Notes: generated by a model not told the origin, from the sequence alone. A DNA stretch of 64,000 bases from Bdellovibrionia bacterium (GCA_040399745.1 JBBARP010000001.1:10517-74516); one strand, 5' to 3'; shown: positions 36,143 through 47,714, counted from the first letter of the stretch. Translations and numbers: made by a program.

Positions 36143-36798
36143 TCGCTGTCATCGCAGGTGCGACGGGCCTAAGCGGCCAAGCCTTGATTCAGGAACTCGA
36201 GCGCGACTCTCGCTTTACCGAGATTCATGCTTACGTTCGTCAGGCTGGAAAATTGCCAAAGTCTCCCAAGCTCCGAGAACACGTTCTTCCTGCGGGCGGA
36301 TTCCCCGAGCTGGTGACAAAGCCTGTGGAATCCTTGCCGGGAGTCTCGTTTTTCTGTGCACTGGGGACGACCATTAAAAAAGCAGGCTCTCGTGAGGCGT
36401 TTCGTCGCGTCGATTTTGATGAAGTCGTCGCTTTTGGAAAATTTTGCGAAAAGGCGCAAGCTCACTCTTTGACTTTAGTTTCTGCCGTCGGCGCTGCCAC
36501 GGACTCCTGGATTTTCTACTCGCGAGTGAAAGGCGATACGGAAGAAGCCGTTCAAGCCTTAGCCATTCCCCGTGTGACTATTTTTCGGCCGTCGTTCTTG
36601 ATTGGCGATCGCCAAGAAAGCCGTCCCGCTGAGCGCTTCTTCATTCAAGCGTGGCGCGCCGGCGCGCGCTTCCTGCCAGCGACCTGGAAAGCCAAAGCCG
36701 GCACGCCCGTTGAGGTCATGACCCGCGCGATGATCGAGCAGGCTGTGAAGCCCGGCCCCGGCCGCGTTTGGATCGAAGCTCAAGACATCCGGGGTTAG
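36139..36798 (+). CDS. NAD(P)H-binding atypical SDR (YraR/TIP30-like)
   Basis: GATGLSG, CALGTTIKKAGS and YSRVKG motifs. Confidence 0.88.
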   Translation: MIAVIAGATGLSGQALIQELERDSRFTEIHAYVRQAGKLPKSPKLREHVLPAGGFPELVTKPVESLPGVSFFCALGTTIKKAGSREAFRRVDFDEVVAFGKFCEKAQAHSLTLVSAVGAATDSWIFYSRVKGDTEEAVQALAIPRVTIFRPSFLIGDRQESRPAERFFIQAWRAGARFLPATWKAKAGTPVEVMTRAMIEQAVKPGPGRVWIEAQDIRG

Positions 36799-37421
36799 AG
36801 ACTCCCGTCGTCGCGATGAAACAAGACAGCGCGAACGTCTTCTAAGTTTCCCAGCTTAGGCGTTCGAAGCTGGCCTGCGGCCGTGAATCCTTGCCGGATA
36901 AAGAACTGGGTCGATCGCAGGTTCTCTACCGGGTGTTGGACCACCGCCGTGAAGACAGGCTCTGAGCCTGTTTCCCGAAGAAACGTTTGAACCAGGGCTT
37001 GGGCCACTCCCCGAACTGCCGAAGTAGAATCGACCGCAATCTGATCCAAGTAGCGAAACCTCCCCGCTTCAAAAGCGGATCGTTTCCAATCACTGGGCTG
37101 AGCTTCTTCCCAGACTACCCTCGTCTCGGGGTGCCTAGGCCGAAAGGTCACACCCGGAGTGCCGGTCACATAGCCAAGCACCTGTTGCTCGGAACCTAGC
37201 GCTACCGTTAGCGTCCCGCCCATTTGGAAAAGACTCAGAAAAGTTCCCGGGTCGTAAGCTTTGAGTAAGAAACCCCGGGCGCTCTCTTTGGGGGCATTCG
37301 GGTGATCTTGCGCTTGGATAATGTGCTGGCTTTGAACGCGGATGACCTGATCGATCAGCTCGGCCGAGGGAAATTCTCGGTAAGTCATCAGTTGAAGCGG
37401 GGAAGAAAACGTCTCTGCCAT
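36795..37421 (-). CDS. GNAT-family acetyltransferase
   Basis: LDQIAVD...RGVAQALV and NLRS..FF...GF motifs. Confidence 0.7.
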   Translation of the reverse strand: MAETFSSPLQLMTYREFPSAELIDQVIRVQSQHIIQAQDHPNAPKESARGFLLKAYDPGTFLSLFQMGGTLTVALGSEQQVLGYVTGTPGVTFRPRHPETRVVWEEAQPSDWKRSAFEAGRFRYLDQIAVDSTSAVRGVAQALVQTFLRETGSEPVFTAVVQHPVENLRSTQFFIRQGFTAAGQLRTPKLGNLEDVRAVLFHRDDGSL

Positions 37422-37570
37422 AAAAAGTGGGGCCGTCTTATCTCTTAGGTTTCCGCTTGGAAAGCAGAAGGCTGCTGGTTTCCTCCGCGTTTGTCCGGCC
37501 CAAGGGCATTGACTCCTTCGGGCTTTAAGGATTTCTAATCAGAAGTCCGAGTCACAAAAAGGAAACAGCT

Positions 37571-38503
37571 ATGAAACCGGTATTTTCACTCTTGGCCGCC
37601 ATCGCGATGATTCTTGTTCCGTGTGTGTCCCAAGCTGCGATCGGCGTGATTTCCCCGCAAGAAGCGAAGGCTTTGATTGAGAGTCCGGAGGCGGTCAAGC
37701 GGCCCATCGTCTTGGACACTCGCGGAGGCTACAAAGATTATTTCCGTGGCCACCTGCCCACGGCGCATCACTTGGAGTTTGATACTTTGCGGGGCACCGA
37801 CGCCGGCGTTCCGGTTCAGTACCTTCCCGACGAAATCACCGAGAAGCTTCTGCAGCGTGCGGGCGTTCAGAAGAACCGCACCCACATTGTCTATGCGACA
37901 GGCGCTTCACTCCCCAATGACGAAATTTTGAGCGCCACCATGGTGGCCTACGTACTCGAGAAGTTCGGAATCCAAGATATTCGGATTTTGGATGGAGGCC
38001 TTCCGGGTTGGACCTCATCAGGTTTTGCCTCGACCCAAGACTACTTTGGAAATTCCTTGGGCAAGCTTCCTGGAAAGAAACTTTCGAACGTGGGTTTGAA
38101 GCTCGAGCAAGTGCTGAAGCAAAAGGTCCAGCCAGGAACGCTGCTGGTCGATGCGCGGCCCAAGAACGAGTACCTGGGCCAGGACGACGTTTGGGTTCGG
38201 AAAGGCCACATCCCGGGCGCCATCAGTTTTCACTGGGCACGCTTGATGGATCCCGCCAACACTCACAAATTCCGCCCTTTTTCTGAAACCAAGGCCGAGC
38301 TGGAAGCCGCCGGTATCACGCCCGACAAAAACATCATCGCTTACTGCGGCACTTCCCGTGAGGGCAGTTTGCTTCGCTTTTACCTGAAGCACGTCGCCGG
38401 CTATCCGAACGTGAATCTGTACGAGGGTTCTTGGAAGGAATACGCTTGGACGCAAGGAAAGTCGCTCCCTGCGGAGACGACTGAAAACGTAGCTAAACGC
38501 TGA
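37571..38503 (+). CDS. Tandem-domain rhodanese/sulfurtransferase with signal peptide
   Basis: GHLPTA and GHIPGA motifs, LDGGLPGW, active-site YCGTSRE, YEGSWKEY; signal peptide ending SQA. Confidence 0.9.
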   Translation: MKPVFSLLAAIAMILVPCVSQAAIGVISPQEAKALIESPEAVKRPIVLDTRGGYKDYFRGHLPTAHHLEFDTLRGTDAGVPVQYLPDEITEKLLQRAGVQKNRTHIVYATGASLPNDEILSATMVAYVLEKFGIQDIRILDGGLPGWTSSGFASTQDYFGNSLGKLPGKKLSNVGLKLEQVLKQKVQPGTLLVDARPKNEYLGQDDVWVRKGHIPGAISFHWARLMDPANTHKFRPFSETKAELEAAGITPDKNIIAYCGTSREGSLLRFYLKHVAGYPNVNLYEGSWKEYAWTQGKSLPAETTENVAKR

Positions 38504-38542
38504 TCGAAACAATCAAAGCACCGAGAGGCCGGGAGGGCCGCA

Positions 38543-39544
38543 ATGATGACCGCTTGGGGTGTTGCGCTTTTCTTGGCTGCAGGCTGGGTGGCGTTCACCA
38601 ACGGCGCAAACGCCAACTTCAAAGGGGTGGCGTCCCTTTACGGAAGCGGAACCACTACGCTTCGGCGGGCCCTAATTTGGGGTACGTTGACGACGTTTCT
38701 TGGGTCGGTTGCGGCATTCTTCTTAGCCGACACCCTTCTAAAGAACTTCGGCGGACGCGGGCTGGTTTCCGACGCTCTGGTCGCAGCGCCTGAGTTCTTG
38801 TTTGCAGTGGCTTCGGGCGCAGCTTTCACAAGCTTCCTGGGCACGCGTTTTGGATTTCCTGTTTCAACGACACATGCACTGGTGGGTGCTCTGGTTGGCG
38901 CAGGTTCAGCGCATTCTTTAGGCGAAGTTCATTGGGAAGCTTTGGAAAAAAACTTCCTTCAGCCGCTTCTTCTCAGTCCGCTCGTTGCGATGGCTCTGGG
39001 AGGCGCTCTTGCAGCGCTTTCGCGCCTGGGCCAGGATTTCCTGCAACGAAATGCTGAGCACTTAGAAAAGCTTCATTTCTTGAGTGCCGGGGCTTCGAGT
39101 TTTTCACGCGGCTTAAATGACACTCCCAAGATGGCGGCACTTCTTCTGGGGATTCGCGCCTTGGACCCAAGTGGAACTTTCGTCCCCACTCTCCCACTTG
39201 CCGCCTGTGTTGCAGTCGTTGCGGTTTTGATTGCGGGGGGCGCCTTATTAGATGCCGAAAAAGTAGCCGAGACTTTGGGAAAAAAAGTGACGGGAATGAG
39301 CCCGTCGGAAGGGTTCGCAGCGAACCTTTCCACTGCGCTTTTAGTCACCACCGCAAGCCTTCACGGGCTTCCAGCCAGCACCACTCACGTCAGCGTGGGC
39401 TCGATGCTGGGAATGGGGATCGTGAACGGTCGCGCCCACTGGAAGTCGGTGGGGCAGATTGCTTTGGCGTGGATCACGACACTTCCGTGTGCCGCTCTAT
39501 TGGCTGCTCTCGTTTATTCAGTGGCTGTGAAGCTTGCGAATTGA
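38543..39544 (+). CDS. PiT-family anion permease (phosphate or CysP-like sulfate)
   Basis: NGANAN, PVSTTH, RGLNDTPK and PASTTH motifs. Confidence 0.88.
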   Translation: MMTAWGVALFLAAGWVAFTNGANANFKGVASLYGSGTTTLRRALIWGTLTTFLGSVAAFFLADTLLKNFGGRGLVSDALVAAPEFLFAVASGAAFTSFLGTRFGFPVSTTHALVGALVGAGSAHSLGEVHWEALEKNFLQPLLLSPLVAMALGGALAALSRLGQDFLQRNAEHLEKLHFLSAGASSFSRGLNDTPKMAALLLGIRALDPSGTFVPTLPLAACVAVVAVLIAGGALLDAEKVAETLGKKVTGMSPSEGFAANLSTALLVTTASLHGLPASTTHVSVGSMLGMGIVNGRAHWKSVGQIALAWITTLPCAALLAALVYSVAVKLAN

Positions 39545-40371
39545 AGTTTGAAATCAAACTCAAGCGCTTCGGGTTTCAGGCCTGAGGTTTGTGGAGTAGG
39601 CCAAAGTGCCTGCACTTTTTCTGTCACTTCTTTTCGGTGCTTCAGCACTTCATCACGGGAGCCAAGAGCTTCTTCAAAGTGCTGGGTTCGTGATTGTGAG
39701 AAAAGAAGCCCTGAAAAATCAGTCGCGCTCAACTTGAGAATCATCGGGCAGGGCAGAGTTTTTTCGCGGTGATCGCGTGAAAGCCCCGATTGCGCGGCAA
39801 AGGGCTCAAGAAGTTCTGAGAATTTTCCGCGAGGGCGCTGCTCGGGTGCTCGCCACTTTTCATTAAATTGGCGCCTGACCCACTCGTTGAGAGAGGTCGC
39901 CTCAGGGTGAAGCGCTTTTGGAAACTGGTACTCAAATACTAAGAGTTTTCCTCTGGGCCGCAGAAGTCGAACGCACTCCTGTGCGGTTTTTCCACCGTTC
40001 ATCCAATGAACGGCACTCCCAATCAGGATCAGGTCTTGAGACCTGGCGTCTAAAGGGGTGTTTTCTGCTGGGCTCTGAACCAAGCGTAAAGAGGCAACTT
40101 CCTGAAACGCTGCCTGAGTTTTTGATTTCTGAAGAAGCAAGGAATCGGGATCCACCAGTGTGAGCTGGATGTTCGCAAGGGAATTGCCCCAAGTTTTTTG
40201 AGCATTCACCCAAGAAGCTGAGGCCAAGCCCGTTCCGGCGCCTAAATCGCAGACCTGAAGTGGCCTGCTAGCTAAGGCGCCACGCAAGCCATCAAAGAGG
40301 GCTGAAGGATAGTGCGGGCGATACTCGGCATAAAGGTCTGCGTCTGCCCGGTGGGGCATGGGCGCGGACAT
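39514..40371 (-). CDS. Class I SAM-dependent methyltransferase
   Basis: YAEYRPHYP, DLGAGTG, HWM and RLLRPRG motifs. Confidence 0.88.
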   Translation of the reverse strand: MSAPMPHRADADLYAEYRPHYPSALFDGLRGALASRPLQVCDLGAGTGLASASWVNAQKTWGNSLANIQLTLVDPDSLLLQKSKTQAAFQEVASLRLVQSPAENTPLDARSQDLILIGSAVHWMNGGKTAQECVRLLRPRGKLLVFEYQFPKALHPEATSLNEWVRRQFNEKWRAPEQRPRGKFSELLEPFAAQSGLSRDHREKTLPCPMILKLSATDFSGLLFSQSRTQHFEEALGSRDEVLKHRKEVTEKVQALWPTPQTSGLKPEALEFDFKLQFASFTATE

Positions 40372-40375
40372 GCGA

Positions 40376-40804
40376 TCAATCTTCCGTAACGAGGTCGGGA
40401 AGCTCGTTTGGGTTCTCGGCGCCTGACTCCACGGGGAAGTGCATTTTCAGAGTCACGCCGAGAGTTCTCACGGCGAACGCAATGGCGTTCTCGTAGTGGG
40501 TCGAGAGCAGGTCTTCTCTCAGGCTTTTTGCCAGATCGTCCCAGTAGCTTTGGCCAATCTTGGCTTGAATGCCCGTGTCGCCGATGACGGCAAATTTCTT
40601 CTTTCGCAGATTCACGTACAGGAGCACGCCGTTTCTCTCGGCAGTTCGGTACATGCCGTAACTTTCAAAAAGTTTTTGCGCGCGTTTGAAAGCGTCGGGC
40701 TCCCACCAGCGGCGCGTGATGTGCACGCGAATTTCGCCCGTGGTTCCTTTTTCTGCCCACTGAATGGCTTTCAGGATTGCCGATTCCGTCTTACCAGCCG
40801 CCAC
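40376..40804 (-). CDS. TPM domain protein
   Basis: AEKGTTGEIRVH, RNGVLLY and NPNELPD motifs; GTG start after GGAGG. Confidence 0.85.
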   Translation of the reverse strand: MAAGKTESAILKAIQWAEKGTTGEIRVHITRRWWEPDAFKRAQKLFESYGMYRTAERNGVLLYVNLRKKKFAVIGDTGIQAKIGQSYWDDLAKSLREDLLSTHYENAIAFAVRTLGVTLKMHFPVESGAENPNELPDLVTED

Positions 40805-41690
40805 TTGCACCTCCGCCGCCGGATCGGCCACCGCCGCCCGAGAATCCGCCTCCACCACCGCCTCCGCCAAAGCCGCCGAAGCCACCGCCGCTTCCCCAGA
40901 AGCCGCCTTCGAGTTGTTTGCGACGTCGGAGCGGATCGAGAGGCGAGGGGTGGTGCCAGCCGCGAGCCGTGTAGTGAGCTTCAGCGCTCATCAAAGCGCG
41001 AAGGGCCAAGATCACCACGCCGAGCGCCACGACTAGTGCCAAGTTCACCGGCACTTTACGACCCGGGCGTCGCTGGGCTTTCAATGCCGCTTGTGCAGCG
41101 GCTGCATCGGGGCTGTCTTTGAGGACCGGGCTTTCGATAGCGCGAAGAATCTCAACAGCGGAATCCAGAAGCGCTAAGTCCGATTGGCCCGCCTTCAGTC
41201 TCGGCACCAAGGCTTCGGTCAGCACGCGTTTGGCGCGTGCATCGGTCAGAAGGGGCTCGAGCCCATAGCCCACTTCGATGCGAGCTTTTCGGTCGTTCCA
41301 ATACAGGGCTAAGAGCACCCCGTTGTCTTTGTTCTTCTGACCGATGTGCCATTCCTGGAACACGCGGTTCGTGGTCTCGAGTAAGTCCTGACCTTCTAAG
41401 CTTTGAAAAACAGCGATGACGACTTGTTCGGTCGTTGCATCTTCGTGTGCTTTCAAAAGGCGTGAAAGCTGGCTTTTGCCCTCGGGTGAGAGAATGCCCG
41501 CTTGATCCAGAACCCAGGCCGCCGGTGCGGCCGGGATTTTAAATCCCGTCGCCTCGGCGGCTTGAGCCGAAGCGATGGGCGCGAAACCCACGCCCGTGCG
41601 AGGGCTTTGAGCCGTCCCGAGACTCAGGGCTGTAGCTAGGCTCAGCGCCAGGAGTAGCCCTGTTGCCAGGACGAATCGGCCAAAACGCAT
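40791..41690 (-). CDS. TPM domain protein (YgcG-like) with Gly-rich tail
   Basis: DNGVLL, RIEVGYGLE and GGGGRSGGGGASGGW motifs. Confidence 0.9.
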   Translation of the reverse strand: MRFGRFVLATGLLLALSLATALSLGTAQSPRTGVGFAPIASAQAAEATGFKIPAAPAAWVLDQAGILSPEGKSQLSRLLKAHEDATTEQVVIAVFQSLEGQDLLETTNRVFQEWHIGQKNKDNGVLLALYWNDRKARIEVGYGLEPLLTDARAKRVLTEALVPRLKAGQSDLALLDSAVEILRAIESPVLKDSPDAAAAQAALKAQRRPGRKVPVNLALVVALGVVILALRALMSAEAHYTARGWHHPSPLDPLRRRKQLEGGFWGSGGGFGGFGGGGGGGGFSGGGGRSGGGGASGGW

Positions 41691-41693
41691 CGA

Positions 41694-42272
41694 TTAGAAC
41701 TCGACCTTCGGAGCCGTTGCTGCCCCGGCTTGTGCTGCGAAGTATTCCTTCGGTGTGAAGCCGCGGAAACCTGCAACGATCGAGGTGGGGAAAGTGCGAA
41801 TGGCTTGGTTGAATTCGCGAGCCGCCCCGTTGAAGCGCTGGCGCTCAATGGTGATGCGGTTCTCGGTGCCTTCCAATTGGCTTTGAAGCTCCATGAAGTT
41901 TTGGTTGGCTTTCAGATCCGGGTAGCGCTCGGCCACAACCATCAAGCGCGAGAGGGCTTGCGAGAGGGCCCCTTGGGCTTCATCAAACTTCTTCAAGTCC
42001 GCCGGTGAGTTCAGTTTCACTTGGCCCACCTGCGAGCGCGCTTGGGTCACTTGCGTCAGCACTTCGGCTTCATGCTTGGCGTAACCTTTAACGGTCGAGA
42101 CCAGATTGGGGATCAAGTCAGCGCGGCGCTGATAAACGTTTTCGACTTGAGCGCGGGCTTCATTGAACCCTTCATCGAGCCCCACCAGGCGATTGCCTGC
42201 CGAGACAAACCAAAGGACGCTCAGAACGAGCACGCCCACGATGGAAAGAAGAACGATCGTCGACTTTTTCAT
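41694..42272 (-). CDS. lemA: LemA family protein
   Basis: YQRRADLIPNLV, ERYPDLKANQNF and LEGTENRI motifs. Confidence 0.93.
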   Translation of the reverse strand: MKKSTIVLLSIVGVLVLSVLWFVSAGNRLVGLDEGFNEARAQVENVYQRRADLIPNLVSTVKGYAKHEAEVLTQVTQARSQVGQVKLNSPADLKKFDEAQGALSQALSRLMVVAERYPDLKANQNFMELQSQLEGTENRITIERQRFNGAAREFNQAIRTFPTSIVAGFRGFTPKEYFAAQAGAATAPKVEF

Positions 42273-42339
42273 GCCCCCCACTGTAGCCGATTCCTGAATT
42301 CTTGACATCTATGCTTGCGAAGGCCATGACCCGAATCGC

Positions 42340-42470
42340 CTGATGTCCGGGGAAAACGGGTGAGAATCCCGTGCTGTCCCGCAACGGTGAGCAGCTTTCT
42401 GATGAGTTCCTGAAGAAAAGCTGCGCAGTCCGAGCTCCCGGCAGGTTTTGTAACTCCCGAGGAGGATTCG
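42340..42470 (+). ncRNA. Cobalamin riboswitch (compact form)
   Basis: GGGAAAACGGGTGAGAATCCCGTGCTGTCCCGCAACGGTGA core and AGTCCGA B12-box; upstream of a TonB-dependent receptor. Confidence 0.88.
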
Positions 42471-42475
42471 GAAAA

Positions 42476-44278
42476 ATGACTTTCGTTCTGTTGTTGTCTT
42501 TATTGGCGTCATCGGCTGCTTATGCAGAGACCGATGTGCAAGGCCGCACCTGGCTTTTGCCCGAAATCAAAGTGGAAGAGAGCACTCCCGTTGAGACGCT
42601 TTCCCTCGATCCCACGCTTCCTGTGGTTTCTGGAAAGTCGAACGCATCGGGCTCGCGCGGCTCGCTCGAAAACTCTCTCTTCAATCAAATCGCGCTTCCC
42701 ACAACGAATAACGCTGAGCCCGGAACTCTGAGCCAATTCCGCGGCGCCGGTCGTTCGGTGACCGACACGGAAGTTCAGGCCTTGGGGATTTCTCTGAACC
42801 CGCCCGCCGGTGGGGGCTTGGATTTGTCCACTTTGCCTCAGTACTTGTGGAGCGACTTTGAATATCAAATGGGCCCGGCCTTGGGTGCCTTTGACCTTCG
42901 CGCGAACTCAGGAACTTTGATTCTGACCCCTTGGACCGAAACGGCGCTGAATAGCGCAGAGAGCAGCGTTTACGGACGAATGATGTCGTCCTCTGCAGGG
43001 GTTACCCAGACGGCCGCTGGTGCCGATTGGGGCCGCCAAGGCGCGATCCTAGCGGGTTACAGCGGCGGCACCGCGACGGGGCCGAGCGGTTCGCTCAGCA
43101 CGCGCTGGAATGCGGGCCCTTTGCGTGGAAAATTTCACGTCTTGGGGAGCCAGATCGAGGCACCCGTGCCGGGTTCTTTTAGTTATCCCACGCCCGATGC
43201 GCGTCAGGTGTCTTCTCGTCTTCTTCCGGTCCTTCAAGCGGACACGGACGTGGGCGAGGGCGTGTTCAAGACCAGCGCCTTTTACGACGTGATCGACTTG
43301 GAAAACACGGACCCGGGCACGAAGAATCTTTACCCAGGCGAAAGCCAATCTACGAGCCGCACCCGTCAAGGCGGGGTGGAGCTGGCCTACCTTCAAGGGG
43401 GCTTCAGTCTGGGAGCCGGCGCGCGTCGCACGAATTACACGCTTCGAAGCGATTATTCTGGAACACGTTACGACACGGATCAGGGCGAAACGGCAGCCCA
43501 CGCATCACTCGGCTACGTCTGGCAGGAAGGTGCGCTTCAAGTTTCTCCTCGGGTGGAAGGGACCAGCCTGTCGTCCTACGGCTTCCGCCCGGGCGCGTCC
43601 CTCGGCGCTCGCTATGCATTCACTCCAGGAGTAGCGGCCTTTTTGCGAGGCTCTTCAACCTACATTTTTCCCGGACTTTTGGATCGCTACTACCAGAGCT
43701 CGAGTTTCATGGGCGACCCAAACCTCCTGACCGAGCGCGACTGGACCCTGCAGACGGGTCTTGAGGGCAGTGCGCAAGGCACCCAAGCTTCGCTTCAGCT
43801 CATGTATCAGCTTCGCCATGATGCGATCGTGAACCCGGCCGACGGTTATGGCTCGCCTAGCAACGTGGGCGACGCCACTTTGGGGACCGCTCTGGCCACG
43901 GTGAATCAGGACTTGTTCCTGGGCTTTCAGGCCTTCACTTCGGCCTCGTACCGTTGGTCCAGAATTCTCCAAACGGGAGCCCGTTTCCCGTATGTTCCTC
44001 AGTATTCTCAGGTGGTTGGCCTGAAATGGGCCGACTCGCCTGAGACCCCGAAAGTTCAGCTGCGAAGCAGCTTCCGGGCAGTGACGGAGTCGACCGTGAC
44101 GTCCGAGACGGACCTTTTGCCGGGCTACGGGGTTTTGGAGCTGGGAGCGCAGGTTCGACTGTCTCAGGTGAATTTGATCCTTCAGGTCGAGGACGCTTTG
44201 GACCGCGCGCCTCAGTACACCAAGGAATACCCGAGTCAGGGGCGGCTGGTCAGTGGCGGCTTGCAGGCCACTTTCTAG
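42476..44278 (+). CDS. TonB-dependent receptor, probable cobalamin transporter (BtuB-like)
   Basis: Signal peptide, plug-like region, beta-strand pattern, DPNLLTE motif, C-terminal Phe; B12 riboswitch upstream. Confidence 0.78.
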   Translation: MTFVLLLSLLASSAAYAETDVQGRTWLLPEIKVEESTPVETLSLDPTLPVVSGKSNASGSRGSLENSLFNQIALPTTNNAEPGTLSQFRGAGRSVTDTEVQALGISLNPPAGGGLDLSTLPQYLWSDFEYQMGPALGAFDLRANSGTLILTPWTETALNSAESSVYGRMMSSSAGVTQTAAGADWGRQGAILAGYSGGTATGPSGSLSTRWNAGPLRGKFHVLGSQIEAPVPGSFSYPTPDARQVSSRLLPVLQADTDVGEGVFKTSAFYDVIDLENTDPGTKNLYPGESQSTSRTRQGGVELAYLQGGFSLGAGARRTNYTLRSDYSGTRYDTDQGETAAHASLGYVWQEGALQVSPRVEGTSLSSYGFRPGASLGARYAFTPGVAAFLRGSSTYIFPGLLDRYYQSSSFMGDPNLLTERDWTLQTGLEGSAQGTQASLQLMYQLRHDAIVNPADGYGSPSNVGDATLGTALATVNQDLFLGFQAFTSASYRWSRILQTGARFPYVPQYSQVVGLKWADSPETPKVQLRSSFRAVTESTVTSETDLLPGYGVLELGAQVRLSQVNLILQVEDALDRAPQYTKEYPSQGRLVSGGLQATF

Positions 44279-44340
44279 GGCCTAAGCTCGCGAAAACCGA
44301 TTGATTTGCTTCCATCGGTTGGGTAGGACCAGTGGCATCT

Positions 44341-44420
44341 CACACATTCCGGGCACTGTGGTGCCTTGAAAGGGACGGGTAGACCCTGTCGCTTTTCGGG
44401 TTTCCGGAATGGAGGGGGCC
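44341..44420 (+). promoter_or_regulatory. rpsB leader (t44/S2 autoregulatory-like RNA)
   Basis: CACACATTCCGG...CCGGAATGGAGG stem resembling rpsB leaders. Confidence 0.6.
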
Positions 44421-44548
44421 AAGCCCTTTTCGAAAGTGGTTTTCGAAATTCCAGCAAGGCCCATTCAACCGCGGTTCGCTTCGGCAGACGAACGTTCTGT
44501 TCCTGCCTCCGCCTTCCGCATTTTTTCCAAGACAATCAGGAGTGTTAC

Positions 44549-45388
44549 ATGCCCCAAATCACGATGCGCGAATTGCTCGAGGCAGGCGTCCACTTTGGTC
44601 ACCAAACCCATCGCTGGAACCCGAAAATGAAGCCGTACGTTTTCGGCGCCCGTAACGGGATTTACATTGTCGACCTTCAAAAAACCGTCGACCAAACCCG
44701 CGCTGCTTGCGACTTCATCAGCAAAGTGACCTCCGAAGGCAAGAAAGTCCTTTTCGTTGGCACCAAGAAGCAAGCCAAAGACGTGATCCAAGAAGAAGCA
44801 GCGCGCTCCGGCATGTACTACGTGAACAACCGCTGGCTCGGCGGCATGCTCACCAACTACCAAACCGTGAAAGCTTCGATCGACCGCTTGAAGAAGATCG
44901 AGGTCCTCAAGGGCTCGCCCGAGTGGAACGAAGTGCCGAAGAAAGAACAAGCCCGCTACGACCGCGAGCTCGACAAGCTGAAGAAATCGCTCGGCGGCAT
45001 CGAAGACATGAAGAAACTTCCCGGCGCGATCTTCGTGATCGACACCGAGAAAGAACACATTGCTGTGAAGGAAGCCAAGAAACTGGGCATCCCCACCGTG
45101 GCAGTCGTGGACACCAACTGCGATCCTTCGGACATCAACTACGTCATCCCCGGCAACGACGATGCGATCCGCTCGGTTCGCTTGTTCGCTCGCTTGATCG
45201 CTGAGAGCTGCATCGAAGGCGCTCGCGTTCATCAAGAGAAGCTGCGCGCTCAAGAAGGCGGCTCGGATCGCGACGAAGGCGACACCGAGAAGAAGGTTTC
45301 GCGCTTCGAAGGCGACATCGACCTTCAAGGTGTGGACGAAGCTGATATCGCTGCTCAAGAAGAAGAAACCGTCACCGAACAAGCCTGA
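44549..45388 (+). CDS. rpsB: 30S ribosomal protein S2
   Basis: [27 protein letters not shown] and PGNDDA motifs. Confidence 0.98.
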   Translation: MPQITMRELLEAGVHFGHQTHRWNPKMKPYVFGARNGIYIVDLQKTVDQTRAACDFISKVTSEGKKVLFVGTKKQAKDVIQEEAARSGMYYVNNRWLGGMLTNYQTVKASIDRLKKIEVLKGSPEWNEVPKKEQARYDRELDKLKKSLGGIEDMKKLPGAIFVIDTEKEHIAVKEAKKLGIPTVAVVDTNCDPSDINYVIPGNDDAIRSVRLFARLIAESCIEGARVHQEKLRAQEGGSDRDEGDTEKKVSRFEGDIDLQGVDEADIAAQEEETVTEQA

Positions 45389-45413
45389 TTCGGCTTCGAA
45401 AGAAGGAATGACC

Positions 45414-47103
<1,690 letters not shown>

Positions 47104-47142
47104 GTTTTTCGTCCACCTAATCTGACTCTAAGGAGAGTTTCT

Positions 47143-47700
47143 ATGTCGAAGGCAATCCTCGATTCGATGACCCAGAACATGGACAAAGCCATCCAGTCGC
47201 TGAAAGGCGACCTGGCCAAGGTTCGCACGGGGCGCGCTTCCACGGCGCTGGTCGAGCCAGTGAACGTGGACTACTACGGTTCGAGCTCTCCGCTCAGCCA
47301 AGTGGGCAACGTGACGACTCCCGACGCCCGCACGATCCAGATTGCTCCTTGGGACGCGGGGATGCTGGGCGCGATTGAGAAGTCCATTTTGGCGGCCAAC
47401 TTGGGCCTGACTCCTCAGAACGACGGCAAAGTGATTCGTATCAACGTGCCGGCCATGACTGAAGAGCGCCGTAAAGAGATGGTCAAGCTGGTGAAGAAAA
47501 TGGGCGAGGACACGAAAGTGGCCCTGCGCAACCAGCGCCGCGACGGCAACGAAGAAGTGAAAAAGCAGGAAAAAGGTAAAGCTTTGTCGGAAGACGAAGC
47601 CAAGAAAACCTTGGAAACGATTCAGAAGAAGACGGACGATAAAGTCGCTGAAGTCGACAAGATCGTCGTCGCCAAGGAAAAGGAGATCATGACCATCTAG
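47143..47700 (+). CDS. frr: Ribosome recycling factor
   Basis: VRTGRA, VDYYG and TEERRKEMVK motifs. Confidence 0.97.
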   Translation: MSKAILDSMTQNMDKAIQSLKGDLAKVRTGRASTALVEPVNVDYYGSSSPLSQVGNVTTPDARTIQIAPWDAGMLGAIEKSILAANLGLTPQNDGKVIRINVPAMTEERRKEMVKLVKKMGEDTKVALRNQRRDGNEEVKKQEKGKALSEDEAKKTLETIQKKTDDKVAEVDKIVVAKEKEIMTI

Positions 47701-47714
47701 TGGTCGGATCTCGA

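Noticed and set aside
39514..39544. Convergent overlap of PiT and methyltransferase 3' ends
   Set aside because: Short tail-to-tail overlaps are common
40791..40900. GGC/CCG-rich low-complexity repeat
   Set aside because: Ordinary Gly-rich tail of TPM/YgcG proteins
42371..42475. N-terminal extension of the TonB receptor ORF
   Set aside because: Overlaps the riboswitch; SD and signal peptide support ATG 42476
28341..44278. Prophage or integrative element at tRNA-Val
   Set aside because: No integrase, phage or transposase genes; the only att-like repeat I found is 212 bp away
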